Shown piece after piece: positions 31,006 through 41,583 of a DNA stretch of 64,000 bases (positions within the stretch are counted from its first letter, which is position 1; each line of letters opens with the position of its first letter). The notes below the pieces were generated by a model that saw nothing but the letters and a program-made list of their open reading frames with translations, was not told where the DNA came from and searched no databases. Origin of the DNA: an uncultured Oscillibacter sp. GTDB taxonomy: Bacteria > Bacillota > Clostridia > Oscillospirales > Oscillospiraceae. Both the position numbers and the translations under genes were made by a program. The stretch spans positions 958 through 64,957 of the forward strand of contig CAJTZI010000005.1 of the NCBI GenBank assembly GCA_910584075.1, given 5' to 3'.

Positions 31006-32016
31006 ATGGAGAAACATGTCAAGCGAATCGGCGTTCTCACCAGCGGCGGCGACGCTCCCGGCATGAACGCGGCAGTGCGGGCCGTGGTGCGGGCCGCCAC
31101 CAACCGCGGCATCGGCTGCGTCGGCATCCGCCGGGGGTGGAACGGTCTCATCAACAGCGATTTCGTGCAGATGAACGCCTCCAGCGTCAGCCACATCATC
31201 AACAAGGGCGGCACCATTTTGTACACCGCCCGGAGCCTGGAGTTTATGGACGAGGCCGGCCGTGCCAAGGCCCTGGCCACCTGCCGCCTGCTGGGACTGG
31301 ACGGTATCGTGGCCATCGGCGGCGACGGCACCTTCCGGGGCGCTCTGGCCCTCTCCCGTCAGGCGGCGGAGACGGGCATGTCTCTGCGGGTGGTGGGCAT
31401 TCCCGCCACCATCGACAACGACATCGGCTGCTCTCACTACACCATTGGCTTCGACACCGCCTGCAACACCGCCATTGAGTGCGTCGACAAGCTGCGGGAC
31501 ACCATGCAGTCCCACGAGCGCTGCTCCGTAGTGGAGGTCATGGGCCGCCACGCCGGATATCTTGCGCTGTACGTGGGCATCGCCGTGGGCGCCACCGCCG
31601 TACTGATCCCTGAGCGGGAGGTGGACTTTGAGCGGGACATCGCGGAGAAGATCCGCCGGGCCCGCCTTGCCGGCACCACCCACTACATGGTTGTGGTGGC
31701 CGAGGGCGCCGGCAGCGCCATGGAGATCAGCCAGCGCATCCACCAGGAGCTGGGCATCGATCCCCGGGTGACGGTGCTGGGCCACATTCAGCGGGGCGGC
31801 TCCCCCACCGCCCGGGACCGGGAGACCGCCAGCCGCATGGGCTACGAGGCGGTGAAGGTTCTGGCCGAGGGCGAGGGCAACCAGATCATCGGCATCCAGA
31901 ACGGCTTTATCACGGACATTGACATGGAGACGGCTCTTTCCATGACCAAGACTTTCCAGATGGACCGCTACCTGATTCTGGAGGCTTTGACCAACAGTCA
32001 GGGCGGGGACTTCTGA
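31006..32016 (+). CDS. pfkA: 6-phosphofructokinase
   Basis: TSGGDAPGMN, GGDGT, TIDND, EVMGR, LGHIQRGG. Confidence 0.96.
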   Translation: MEKHVKRIGVLTSGGDAPGMNAAVRAVVRAATNRGIGCVGIRRGWNGLINSDFVQMNASSVSHIINKGGTILYTARSLEFMDEAGRAKALATCRLLGLDGIVAIGGDGTFRGALALSRQAAETGMSLRVVGIPATIDNDIGCSHYTIGFDTACNTAIECVDKLRDTMQSHERCSVVEVMGRHAGYLALYVGIAVGATAVLIPEREVDFERDIAEKIRRARLAGTTHYMVVVAEGAGSAMEISQRIHQELGIDPRVTVLGHIQRGGSPTARDRETASRMGYEAVKVLAEGEGNQIIGIQNGFITDIDMETALSMTKTFQMDRYLILEALTNSQGGDF

Positions 32017-32035
32017 GCGCATACATACGGACATA

Positions 32036-32070
32036 AAGCCGCCCCGGAGCGTAACGCTCCGGGGCGGCTT
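32036..32070. terminator. Hairpin between convergent genes
   Basis: AAGCCGCCCCGGAGCG-TAA-CGCTCCGGGGCGGCTT. Confidence 0.75.
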
Positions 32071-32092
32071 CGCATGTGAGAAAAACAGTCCC

Positions 32093-33562
32093 TCAGTCCA
32101 GCCGGGAGGCGCGGCGGATGTTCATCCGCCGCCTCCAGTTGGAGGGTGCGAACAGCAGCAGCATGGGGAAGATCTCCAGCCGCCCCACCAGCATATCAAA
32201 GGACAGCAGCAGCTTGGACGCCGGCGAAAACGCGGAGAAATTGCCCAGGGGGCCCACGGCCTCCAGGCCCGGGCCGATGTTGTTGATGCAGGCCGTCAGG
32301 GCTGTGAAGGTAGTCACCAGTCCCTTCTGCTCCAGGGACAGCAGCAAGAAGGAGACCACAAACACCGCCATATACACCGTAAAATAGATGTGGGCTCCCC
32401 GCAGGGTCTTCTCCGACACAGGCTTGCCCTCCAGCCGGGTAGTGGCCACGGCGTTGGGGTGCAGCATCCGCTTCATCTCGCTGACGGAGGCCTTCAGGAG
32501 AATGAGGATGCGGGAGATCTTGATGCCGCCGCCGGTGGAGCCGGCGCAGGCGCCCACAAACATCAGCGTCACCAGAATGGACTTGGAGAAGGTGGGCCAG
32601 AGGTCAAAGTCCACTGTGCCATAGCCCGTGGTGGTGATGATGGAGGAGACCTGGAAAAAAGCGTGGCGCAGGCTGGTCCAGACGCTGCCGTACATATGGC
32701 AGATGTCCGCCGTGATCGCCGCCACGGCGGCGGCCACCACCAGCAGATAGGCCCGCAGCTCCTCCGAACCGAACACCTCCCGAAAGCGCCGGATCATCAG
32801 GAAGTAGTAGAGGTTGAAGTTCACTCCGAAGAGCAGCATGAATATGCCGATCACCACATCAAAATAGGGGCTCTGATAGGCCCCCACGCTGAGGTCCCGG
32901 CAGCTGAAGCCGCCGGTGCCGGCGGTGCCGAAGGCGTGGACACAGGCGTCAAACAGAGGCATTCCTCCCGCCAGCAGGAGCACTGTCTCCAAAACGGTCA
33001 TGGCCAGATAGATGCCGTAGAGGATCTTGGCCGTATCCCCCAGGCGGCTCACCAGCTTGCCCACCGTGGGCCCCGGTACCTCCGCCCGCATCAGGTGCAT
33101 TCCGTGGCCATCGGTCATAGGCAGCACAGCCATGACAAACACCAGCACACCCATGCCCCCCACCCAGTGGGTGAAGCTGCGCCAGAACAGACAGCTCCGC
33201 CGCAGGGGCTCCACCGCCGTCAGGATGGTGGAGCCGGTGGTGGTAAAGCCGGAGACGGTCTCAAATAAGGCGTCGATCAAATTGGGGATGTCCCCGGAGA
33301 GCACAAAGGGCAGCGCGCCGAAGAAGGACATGAAGACCCACGCCAGAGCCACCACCGCCAGTCCGTCCCGGGCGTACAGGGACATCTGCCGAGGCTTTCT
33401 GCCGCCCAGCAGGAGCCCGACGGCCGCCAGCAGCAGCATTGGGATTAAAAAGGGCAGCGGCGATTCCCGATAGATCCCCGCCGTCAGCAACGGCAGCGCC
33501 ATCAGCACCGCCTCTACCAGCAGAATCCTGCCGATGACATACCCAATCATTCGATAGTTCAT
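32093..33562 (-). CDS. trkH: TrkH potassium uptake membrane protein
   Basis: FETVSGFTTTG, TGGFS, TTTGY, STGGGIK, NNIGPG, LVGRLE. Confidence 0.95.
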   Translation of the reverse strand: MNYRMIGYVIGRILLVEAVLMALPLLTAGIYRESPLPFLIPMLLLAAVGLLLGGRKPRQMSLYARDGLAVVALAWVFMSFFGALPFVLSGDIPNLIDALFETVSGFTTTGSTILTAVEPLRRSCLFWRSFTHWVGGMGVLVFVMAVLPMTDGHGMHLMRAEVPGPTVGKLVSRLGDTAKILYGIYLAMTVLETVLLLAGGMPLFDACVHAFGTAGTGGFSCRDLSVGAYQSPYFDVVIGIFMLLFGVNFNLYYFLMIRRFREVFGSEELRAYLLVVAAAVAAITADICHMYGSVWTSLRHAFFQVSSIITTTGYGTVDFDLWPTFSKSILVTLMFVGACAGSTGGGIKISRILILLKASVSEMKRMLHPNAVATTRLEGKPVSEKTLRGAHIYFTVYMAVFVVSFLLLSLEQKGLVTTFTALTACINNIGPGLEAVGPLGNFSAFSPASKLLLSFDMLVGRLEIFPMLLLFAPSNWRRRMNIRRASRLD

Positions 33563-33572
33563 ACAGCCGCCC

Positions 33573-34934
33573 TCACTGGAAGATATCCCCGATTTTTTGC
33601 AGGGAGGTCCGAGTGGTCACCACGATCACGTCGTCAAAGGGGTGCAGCACATCGCCGCCGGAGGGGATGACGATCTTTCCGCTCTGCCGGACGATGCCCG
33701 CCAGCAGAATGCCGCTTTTGAGCTGCAAATCCTTCAGCGGGATCCCCGCGAAGGGGGGATTCGGCCCCACGCCGAACTCCAGGGCCTCCACCGCCCCGTC
33801 CACCAGCCGGTGGAGGGTCTTGATGTGGTCGCCAGCGGCGCTCTGCATGGCCCGGACATATTGGACAATCAGCTCCGTAGTGACGGATGCGGCTGAAACC
33901 ACACTGTCGATCATGTGCTCACCGGAGACCAGCTCCACCAGGGACTTGCGGTTGATTTTAGCCACCACTTTGCACTTCTCCGCCTGCTTGGAGGCGCTCA
34001 TAGCCATGAGAATATTGGCCTCGTCGATACCCGTGATGGCTACAAAGGCGTCGGTCTGGTCGATGCCCTCCTCCCGCAAAAGCTCCGTGTCGGTGCCGTC
34101 GCCCACGATAACCAGAGCCTTGGGCAGCCGCTCACCCATGCTGATGCAGCGGCTCTCACTCTGGTCAATAATCTTCACGTCCATGCCCATCTCCAGCAGA
34201 TCCGAGGCCAGGTAGTAGCAGATCTTGCTGGCCCCCACGATCATCACCGTGGACGCACGGTTCCGGAACACCCCCAGGTGCCGGAAAAACTGGGCCAGCT
34301 GATCCGAGGAGGAGGTGAGGTAGATCTTGTCCCCGCTCTGGAGGACAAAATCGCCAGAGGGAATGATCGTCTCCCCCTTCCGGCTGACGGCGCAGATCAA
34401 CACCCGGACCCGCAGGCTCTTATAGAGGTTCAGCAGCTGGACGCCAGCCAGGGCGGAGTCCTCCGGCACCCGGTACTCCACCAGCTCCAGCCGGCCCTTG
34501 GAGAAGGTCTCCACCTTCATGGCCGTCGGGAACCGGAGCACCCGGGCGATCTCCCGGGCGGCGGCCCGTTCCGGGTTGATCGACATGGAGAGTCCCAGCT
34601 CCTCCCGCATGAAACGCAGCTGTTTTTCATACTCCGGATTGCGGATGCGGGCGATGGTGTGGGGAACCCCCATCTTCTTGGCCACAAGACAAGCCAGGAT
34701 GTTGATCTCGTCACTGGAGGTGGTGGCAATCAGCAGGTCGGCCCTGCCGCCCCCCGCCTCCAGCTGCACCTCGTAGCTGGCCCCGTTGCCGCAGACACCC
34801 ATAACGTCGTAGACGTTGATGATATTCTCGATCAGCTGGGCGTTTTCGTCGATAATGGTGACCTGGTTCTCCCCGGAGAGCTGTCTTGTCAGCTCCAGGC
34901 CCACCTTGCCGGCGCCCACAACAATAATCCTCAT
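33573..34934 (-). CDS. trkA: TrkA potassium uptake regulatory subunit
   Basis: IIVVGAGKVG and duplicated RCK domains. Confidence 0.95.
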   Translation of the reverse strand: MRIIVVGAGKVGLELTRQLSGENQVTIIDENAQLIENIINVYDVMGVCGNGASYEVQLEAGGGRADLLIATTSSDEINILACLVAKKMGVPHTIARIRNPEYEKQLRFMREELGLSMSINPERAAAREIARVLRFPTAMKVETFSKGRLELVEYRVPEDSALAGVQLLNLYKSLRVRVLICAVSRKGETIIPSGDFVLQSGDKIYLTSSSDQLAQFFRHLGVFRNRASTVMIVGASKICYYLASDLLEMGMDVKIIDQSESRCISMGERLPKALVIVGDGTDTELLREEGIDQTDAFVAITGIDEANILMAMSASKQAEKCKVVAKINRKSLVELVSGEHMIDSVVSAASVTTELIVQYVRAMQSAAGDHIKTLHRLVDGAVEALEFGVGPNPPFAGIPLKDLQLKSGILLAGIVRQSGKIVIPSGGDVLHPFDDVIVVTTRTSLQKIGDIFQ

Positions 34935-35205
34935 GCCGTCCTCCAAAGACGCCGCGCCCATCCGCGCGGCTGTAAAATAATTCTTAATTCCGCGGCTGGC
35001 CAAATGGCCGTCCGCCGCTGGAAGCTATTATAGAACATCCCACAGAAAAAGGAAATACCTCCGGAAAATCTTTTCTCCCGGCCCCGGATTCAAAAAGCCT
35101 GAGAATCTGTATCCACAGCTGGTGGATGCCGAGTGGACGAAGGTTCTTGCTGCTCTGCGGGGTAAAAAACGTCCAGACGTCCCTTGGCGGCTGTGAGTGC
35201 AGATC

Positions 35206-36159
35206 CTAAAACAGTCCCGCCGGAATACGAATGTCCTCCCGGGGCACCTTCTCCCAGGAGAAATCCTCCAGCAATGCCTCCGCCGTCCGTGGCTCCGCCG
35301 AGGGGTTGAACCCCGCCAGATACGCCAGCCTTCCCAGCACCTCTGCCGCCGCAACACGGTCCCGGAGGCTGTCCAGTCCCGCGTCCGCGTCCCGCTTGCT
35401 CAGCCGCCGTCCGTCCGGGGCCAGCAGCAGCGGAAAGTGGATAAAGGACGGCACCGGCAGACCCAGCAGACGGTACAGCAGCAGCTGCCTGGGAGTGGAG
35501 GACAGCAAATCCGCCCCCCGCACCACCTCTGTGACGCCCATGGCGGCGTCATCCACCACCACCGCCAGCTGATAGGCAAACATCCCGTCAGACCGCCGCA
35601 GAAGAAAATCTCCGCAGTCCCGGGCAAGATTCTCCCGGTACACCCCCATGTGCCCGTCGGTAAAGGCAATTTCCTCCTCCGGTACCCGCAGCCGCAGAGC
35701 CGGGGACCGGAGTCTGGCCCGCTCCGCCGCCTCCGCCGCCGTCAAGCGGCGGCAGGTACCGGCGTAGACCACCTGTCCGTCCTCCCGATGGGGAGCGCTG
35801 GCGGCATGGAGCTCCGCCCGGGTGCAGAAACAGGGGTACACCAGCCCCAAATCCGTCAGCCGCTCCAGGGCGGCCTGATACAGTGCCGTCCGCCGGCTCT
35901 GGTAATAGGGCCCGTCCGCTCCGCCGGCGCCGGGCCCCTCATCCCAATCAAGGCCCAGCCAGCGGAGATCTTCCTCCATCTGCGCGGCATACCGCCGGGG
36001 ACAGCGGGCGGTGTCCAGATCCTCCACCCGCAAGATCACCCTGCCGCCCCGCTGCCGGACGCTGAGCCACGCCAGCAGGCAGCATAGGATGTTGCCCAGG
36101 TGAATCCGCCCGCTGGGCGAGGGGGCGAACCGCCCCCTGACCGTGCCGGTGTGCTCCAC
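35206..36159 (-). CDS. gluQ: Glutamyl-Q tRNA(Asp) synthetase
   Basis: RFAPSPSGRIHLGN, YPCFCTR, YQLAVVVDD, RLSKR; no anticodon-binding domain. Confidence 0.9.
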   Translation of the reverse strand: MEHTGTVRGRFAPSPSGRIHLGNILCCLLAWLSVRQRGGRVILRVEDLDTARCPRRYAAQMEEDLRWLGLDWDEGPGAGGADGPYYQSRRTALYQAALERLTDLGLVYPCFCTRAELHAASAPHREDGQVVYAGTCRRLTAAEAAERARLRSPALRLRVPEEEIAFTDGHMGVYRENLARDCGDFLLRRSDGMFAYQLAVVVDDAAMGVTEVVRGADLLSSTPRQLLLYRLLGLPVPSFIHFPLLLAPDGRRLSKRDADAGLDSLRDRVAAAEVLGRLAYLAGFNPSAEPRTAEALLEDFSWEKVPREDIRIPAGLF

Positions 36160-36192
36160 AGGCCTCTCCCCTCTCCCATTTCATATTTGTTT

Positions 36193-36220
36193 ATTATACC
36201 ATAGATCGCCAGAATTGCAA
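36193..36220 (-). promoter_or_regulatory. sigmaA promoter for gluQ
   Basis: TTGCAA-N16-TATAAT with TG extension. Confidence 0.7.
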
Positions 36221-36547
36221 AGGCCTGCCGCCGGGACTGAACCGCCCCGTATGATTCGGACAGCGCAAACAACTGGCGGGAAATATCGGGTTTCAATTGG
36301 AACGGCCTCGCACAAGCGGCGTCTCTCCAGTCTTCAGCCGGATACGCTCACGGGTAGTCCTTGCGATTCTATGGATAAAATCCGCAGCTATAAAAATGAT
36401 CTGGGAAAACGAATTCCGGCATGGTCAGAGTCTTCTTTTGAGCAAAAGAAAAAGCACGATTTTTTCAATCGTGCTTTTTTAAAGGTGTTCTATGATTTCA
36501 CATTGACTCCGTTTTGCGGTCTTAATTTCAGAGCCATTTTCCGCAGA

Positions 36548-37672
36548 TCAGGCGAGAATCTCCCTCACGGCGGACACCAGGCTGGACACCTCCTCCGGTG
36601 TGTTAAAGTCAGAAAAGCTGAGTCGGACGGTGCCGCTGCCCAGTGTCCCGGCAGAGCGGTGGGCCAAGGGTGCGCAGTGGAGCCCTGCCCGTACGGCGAT
36701 CCCTCGCTCCGCCAGGGCCTGCCCCAGGGCCTCCGTCTCCCACCCCTCCGCTGTGAAGGACAGCACCCCCGCCTGGGCGTGGAGGCCCTGTTGGGCATAC
36801 ACCGTCACACCGGGCAGACCTCTCAGCTCCTCCGCCGCCATATGGGCCAGCTGGCGCTCCCGGAGGCAGATTGCCTCCAGCCCTCTCCGGCGGACATACC
36901 GGACACCTGCCAGCAGTCCGGCAATGCCGGGCATATTGTGAGTGCCCGCCTCCAGGCGGTCCGGCAGGAACTCCGGCATCTCCTGCTGAATGGAGAGACT
37001 CCCGGTGCCACCCTCCAACAGCGTGCATGGGTTGACGCCCTCTCCGCACAACAGTACGCCGGTGCCCTGGGGCCCGTAAAGCCCCTTGTGCCCCGGCATG
37101 GCGATAAATGCGGCTCCCAGCTCCGTCAGATTCAGCGGCAGCACACCGGCCGCCTGGGAGTCATCCACAATCAGCGGCACGCCCTGGGTCCTGCACACAG
37201 CCGCCACAGCCTCTACAGGCTGGATAAACCCGAAGACGTTGGAGACATGGCTGCAGATCACCGCATCCACCCCGCCGTCCACCAGCCCGGCAAAGGATTC
37301 CGATACCGCCTCCGGATAAAACAGCGGCGCCTCCGCAATCGTCACATCCGCCTCCAGCGCCGCCAGGGGCCGGGTGACGGCGTTGTGCTCATATCCGGAG
37401 ATCACCACCCGGCCGCCGGGAGACACAAGGGTTTTGACGGCGATATTCAGTGCATGAGTTGCGTTCATGGTGAACACCACCTGCTCCGGGTTTTTCAGGC
37501 CGTACAGCTCCGCCAGCTCGCTCCGGCAGTCAAAGGCAGCATCAGCGGCCGCCATGGCGGCGGGATAGCCCCCCCGCCCCGGAGAGCTCATGGTGCGCAG
37601 GGCATCCACCATGGCTGTCTCCACGGCGGGCGGCTTTTGGAAGGTGGTGGCGGCGCTGTCGAGATAGATCAT
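36548..37672 (-). CDS. Second class V cysteine desulfurase-like protein
   Basis: YLDSAATT, EHNAV, GHKG, RAGLHCA; ATGA overlap with the upstream gene. Confidence 0.9.
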   Translation of the reverse strand: MIYLDSAATTFQKPPAVETAMVDALRTMSSPGRGGYPAAMAAADAAFDCRSELAELYGLKNPEQVVFTMNATHALNIAVKTLVSPGGRVVISGYEHNAVTRPLAALEADVTIAEAPLFYPEAVSESFAGLVDGGVDAVICSHVSNVFGFIQPVEAVAAVCRTQGVPLIVDDSQAAGVLPLNLTELGAAFIAMPGHKGLYGPQGTGVLLCGEGVNPCTLLEGGTGSLSIQQEMPEFLPDRLEAGTHNMPGIAGLLAGVRYVRRRGLEAICLRERQLAHMAAEELRGLPGVTVYAQQGLHAQAGVLSFTAEGWETEALGQALAERGIAVRAGLHCAPLAHRSAGTLGSGTVRLSFSDFNTPEEVSSLVSAVREILA

Positions 37673-37926
37673 CTCCCCACCTCCTGGTACAATCCCCGTT
37701 GGTACAAAAATATTTGAACAGGGTCCAGCGATTCCCTGTGAAGGGCCGTCAATGCGCCGGTCAGGTCGCTGACCGCTACGCGCACGGCGTAGGCGCAGCC
37801 TCTGTCTGTCAGATCCCGGGGGGCGCGGAAAATCTGGCATCGGACGCCCACCCGGGCCAGCGCCCGCTGCATTCGCTGCGCGTAGGTAACAGACCGTGCG
37901 ATAATCAGATAGTGATCCACAGGCAC
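37669..37926 (-). CDS. DUF3343-family protein
   Basis: IIARSVTYAQRMQRAL...RAPRDLTDRGCAY; SD GGAGGAG. Confidence 0.8.
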   Translation of the reverse strand: MPVDHYLIIARSVTYAQRMQRALARVGVRCQIFRAPRDLTDRGCAYAVRVAVSDLTGALTALHRESLDPVQIFLYQRGLYQEVGR

Positions 37927-37941
37927 TCCTCCTCTCTACCC

Positions 37942-37967
37942 ATTCTATGGACGGGGCAGAGAAAGGT
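37942..37967 (-). promoter_or_regulatory. Candidate sigmaK-type promoter
   Basis: AC-N16-CATAGAAT. Confidence 0.55.
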
Positions 37968-37970
37968 GCG

Positions 37971-38006
37971 GCAAAAGGGACTCCGCCGCAGCGGAGTCCC
38001 TTTTGC
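37971..38006. terminator. Bidirectional terminator after ispF
   Basis: GCAAAAGGGACTCCGC...GCGGAGTCCCTTTTGC. Confidence 0.85.
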
Positions 38007-38144
38007 TCATTTCATATCAATCAGCCTTTGCCGCCAACCGTCTCTCAGATCCGCGGACCGAACAAGCTCTGTCCCAAACGAGGCAATCCGGCACCGCATA
38101 TGGAAAACCTGATAACCGGCAGGGTCAAAAGCAGCGGCGCTCCT

Positions 38145-38630
38145 TCATCTCAGTCTCTCCAGAAGCACCACAGCGTGGGCCGCCATGCCGGAGCCGTCCC
38201 CAGTGAAACCCAGTCCCTCCTCGGTGGTGGCCTTCACATTGACCCGCTCCGACTCAATCCCCAGGGCCATGGCGATGTTTTCCGCCATCCGCGCCTTATG
38301 GGGGGCGATCTTCGGCGCCTGGGCCAAGAGCGCAGCGTCGATGTTCACCACAGAGAAGCCCCGCTCCGCCAGCAGCCGTCCCACCTCTGCCAGCAGCTTG
38401 AGACTGGAGATCCCGGCATAGGCCGGGTCCGTGTCCGGAAAGAGCTTTCCGATGTCCCCCAGGCAGGAGGCTCCCGTAAGGGCGTCCATGACGGCGTGTA
38501 CCAGCACGTCGGCGTCGGAGTGACCCAGGAGCCCCCGCTCCCAGGGGATCTCCACACCGCCCAAGATCAGCTTCCGTCCCTCTGTCAGCCGGTGGACGTC
38601 ATACCCATGGCCAATACGCAGGTTCGTCAT
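38145..38630 (-). CDS. ispF: MEcPP synthase
   Basis: [22 protein letters not shown]. Confidence 0.97.
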   Translation of the reverse strand: MTNLRIGHGYDVHRLTEGRKLILGGVEIPWERGLLGHSDADVLVHAVMDALTGASCLGDIGKLFPDTDPAYAGISSLKLLAEVGRLLAERGFSVVNIDAALLAQAPKIAPHKARMAENIAMALGIESERVNVKATTEEGLGFTGDGSGMAAHAVVLLERLR

Positions 38631-39358
38631 CGTCCTTCCTCCCGGGCCCGCAGAATGGCCTCCGCCAGAATCAGATCCACCGGGGTGGTGATCTTCAAAT
38701 TTTCCTCCTCACCCTCCACCAGGAATACCACCTTACCCAGCCGCTCCACAGCGGAGCAGTCGTCGGTGACTGGTGCGCCGCTCTCCAGCGCCGACTGGAG
38801 CGCCACCTTCAAAAGGCTGGCCTCAAACACCTGGGGGGTCTGAACCGCACGCAGAACGTCCCGTTCCAGCGTCTCCGCCACAGAGCCGTCAGCCCGGACC
38901 GTCTTGACGGTGTCCTTCACCGCCACGGCAGGGGCCGCCGCGCCGCAGCGGGCGGCAGCACTGACCACATGGCCGATCAGCTCCGGCGTCACCAGGGGGC
39001 GGGCGCCGTCCTGCACCGCCAGCAGCGACGCCTCCGGCGAGGCCTCCAGGGCCGCCAGCAGTACGGAGTGGACGCGGCTCTCGCCGCCCCGGACCACCTT
39101 GGCGCACTTGGTAATCCCATATGTATGACACAGCCGGGAGATCTCCACCAGGTCCTCCTCCCGGGCGGCCACCACGATCTCATCCACCTCCTCCGCCAAT
39201 TGGAGCGAGGTCAGCGTCCGCACCAGCACCGGCACGCCCTCCAGAGGCTCCAGCAGCTTGTTCACACCATCCATGCGGCTGGAGGAGCCGGCGGCGGCCA
39301 CCAAAGCGGTACAGTACGGACGGTTTGCGCCTTTGATTCTGCGCAGAAAAGAAAACAT
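38627..39358 (-). CDS. ispD: MEP cytidylyltransferase
   Basis: [28 protein letters not shown]. Confidence 0.95.
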   Translation of the reverse strand: MFSFLRRIKGANRPYCTALVAAAGSSSRMDGVNKLLEPLEGVPVLVRTLTSLQLAEEVDEIVVAAREEDLVEISRLCHTYGITKCAKVVRGGESRVHSVLLAALEASPEASLLAVQDGARPLVTPELIGHVVSAAARCGAAAPAVAVKDTVKTVRADGSVAETLERDVLRAVQTPQVFEASLLKVALQSALESGAPVTDDCSAVERLGKVVFLVEGEEENLKITTPVDLILAEAILRAREEGR

Positions 39359-39406
39359 ATCGGCCTCCCTGCGCCTTTTCAGCGCTCTCAAAAACTGAAT
39401 ACAGGT

Positions 39407-39898
39407 TCAGACGGCGGCCTCCTGGGTCATGGCACGATCCAGACGGCTCTCCACATTTTCGTAGTCCGCCTGCTCCGTCAAAACGATCTCGGAAATCAAA
39501 ATCCGCTTTGCGGTCTGGAGCATCTTCCGCTCCCCGGTAGACAGGCCCCGCCGGGTGTCCCGGATCATCAGACCCTTGATTACCCGGGATACCTCCCGCA
39601 GATCCCCGCTTTTCAGCCGCTGCAGATTCTCTTGGTACCGCTTGTTCCAATTGGCGCTGCTCTCCACCTCCAGTAAGGGGATTCCGGCAATCAGCGCCTC
39701 CGCCTCCTCCGGTGTGATGATGGTACGAAGGCCGATGGTCTCGCTGTTGGCCACCGGGATCTTCAGCAGGAGCCCGCCGACAGGCATTTTGAAGACATAA
39801 TACTCCTGTGTGCTTCCCGCGACCTTCTCCTGAACAATGGCGTCTATGACGCCGGCCCCGTGCATTGGGTGCGCGACGAGATCCCCGATCCTGAACAT
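39407..39898 (-). CDS. carD: CarD-family transcription factor
   Basis: FRIGDLVAHPMHGAG, NWNKRY. Confidence 0.93.
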   Translation of the reverse strand: MFRIGDLVAHPMHGAGVIDAIVQEKVAGSTQEYYVFKMPVGGLLLKIPVANSETIGLRTIITPEEAEALIAGIPLLEVESSANWNKRYQENLQRLKSGDLREVSRVIKGLMIRDTRRGLSTGERKMLQTAKRILISEIVLTEQADYENVESRLDRAMTQEAAV

Positions 39899-40108
39899 GG
39901 CAAACCCCTCCCCTTTTTCATCGGTTCATTGTGGTGCCCGGTATTCGCTGATACGCCATTTCCTATATTTTTCCTATGTAATATCTTTATTATATCCTTT
40001 TTTCCTCATTTTTACAAGCACTTTTCTAAAAAAATTACAGATATTTTTCCAGGAATAATGCAAAAAATGGCGGACTGCCCAAGGCTGTCCGCCATTTTGG
40101 ATCGTTGC

Positions 40109-41455
40109 TTACCGCTTGTTGGAGCGGCGCCAGATGTGCATCTTCTCCGCCTCGGCAATGAGCTCCTCCCGGAACTGGGGATGGGCGATGCCGATGATGC
40201 CCTCGGCCCGCTCCCAGGTGGACTTGCCCTTGACGTTGACCTTACCGTACTCCGTCACCAGGTAGTGGAGGTTTGTGCGGGTAGCGGTCACAACGGAGCC
40301 CTCCAGCAGCGTCGGCCGGATGCGGGACTTCAGCTGTCCGCTCTTTTTGTCCATGTAGGAGGAGGAGCAGCAGATAAAGCTCTTGCCGCCCTTGGCCAGG
40401 TATGCGCCCATGACAAAGTCCTGCTGGCCGCCGGCGCCGGAGATATGGCGGGTGCCGGAGGACTCGGAGGACACCTGGCCGAAGAGATCAATGTCTACCG
40501 CGCCGTTGATGGAGATGAAGTTCTCAATCTGGGATACCCGGGCGATGTCGTTGACATAGCTCACCGGCGCGGCCATGCACTCCGGGTTGTTGTCCAGGAA
40601 ATCATACAGCTTCTGCGAGCCCGCGGCAAATGCATAGGTCTGGCGGCCCCGGTCAAAGGGCTTGCGCATACCGGTGATGCGCCCCGCCTCGGACATATCC
40701 ACAAAGGCGTCCACATACATCTCCGTATGTACACCCAAATCCCGCAGGTCGGACTCCGCCACCATCTTGCCAATGGCGTTGGGCATTGCGCCGATGCCCA
40801 GCTGGAGGCAGGCGCCGTTGGGGATCTCCGGCACAACCAGACGGGCCACCGCCAGATCCACCTCCGAGGCGGCTCCGCCGCCGCCAAGGACATCCACAGG
40901 GGGATTCTCCCCCTGTACGATCATATCCACATCGCTGATATGGATACAGTTGTCAAATCCACCAAGACACACAGGCATGTTTTTGTTGACTTCCACAATA
41001 ATGGTCTTGGCACATTCGCAGACGGCCTTCAGGTGGGAACCGCCGGGGCCAAAGTTGAACCAGCCGTGCTCATCCATCGGCGCAACCTGAAACATCGCCA
41101 CATCCAGGGACTGGATACAGTTGGTATAGTATCCCGGCAGCTCAGAATAGCGCAGGGGAATGTAAAAGGCGAAGCCCGCGCTGACAGCCTTGCGCTCAAT
41201 GCCGCCCATGTGCCAGGAGTTCCAGGTGAAATGGCCGGCGGCGTCGGGCACATCAAAAATCGCCGGCTGGTGGGTCAGAATGCCGCCCCGGATCTTCACA
41301 TCCGTCAACTCCTCCATCCGCTGTGCCAGGGCCTTGTCCAGCGCGACGGGAGAACAGACGCTCCACCCGTAGTCCAGCCAGTCGCCGGATTTGACCACCT
41401 TGACCGCCTCGCCGGCGGCGGTCAGCTTCTGCTTATACTCGTCCTGATAGTTCAT
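40109..41455 (-). CDS. but: Butyryl-CoA:acetate CoA-transferase (acetyl-CoA hydrolase/transferase family)
   Basis: [42 protein letters not shown]. Confidence 0.85.
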   Translation of the reverse strand: MNYQDEYKQKLTAAGEAVKVVKSGDWLDYGWSVCSPVALDKALAQRMEELTDVKIRGGILTHQPAIFDVPDAAGHFTWNSWHMGGIERKAVSAGFAFYIPLRYSELPGYYTNCIQSLDVAMFQVAPMDEHGWFNFGPGGSHLKAVCECAKTIIVEVNKNMPVCLGGFDNCIHISDVDMIVQGENPPVDVLGGGGAASEVDLAVARLVVPEIPNGACLQLGIGAMPNAIGKMVAESDLRDLGVHTEMYVDAFVDMSEAGRITGMRKPFDRGRQTYAFAAGSQKLYDFLDNNPECMAAPVSYVNDIARVSQIENFISINGAVDIDLFGQVSSESSGTRHISGAGGQQDFVMGAYLAKGGKSFICCSSSYMDKKSGQLKSRIRPTLLEGSVVTATRTNLHYLVTEYGKVNVKGKSTWERAEGIIGIAHPQFREELIAEAEKMHIWRRSNKR

Positions 41456-41583
41456 CGTTGTTCCTCCTGTATTCCCGTTTATATAACCAAGCGGACAAAA
41501 GGTCGCCGCGGCGCGGCCCCGCTCAGATTCCGGACATCCCCTTACTCCGGTCAAACCTCCCTTGAAAAGCTGGCCATCCCGGA

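Noticed and set aside
34935-35205. c-di-AMP riboswitch upstream of trkAH
   Set aside because: Conserved ydaO motifs (GCUGAAUCC, CCCGUCAGCUAACC) were not found.
39359-39406. No PIN/TRAM (yacL) gene between carD and ispD
   Set aside because: Simple gene-order variation with no remnant visible.
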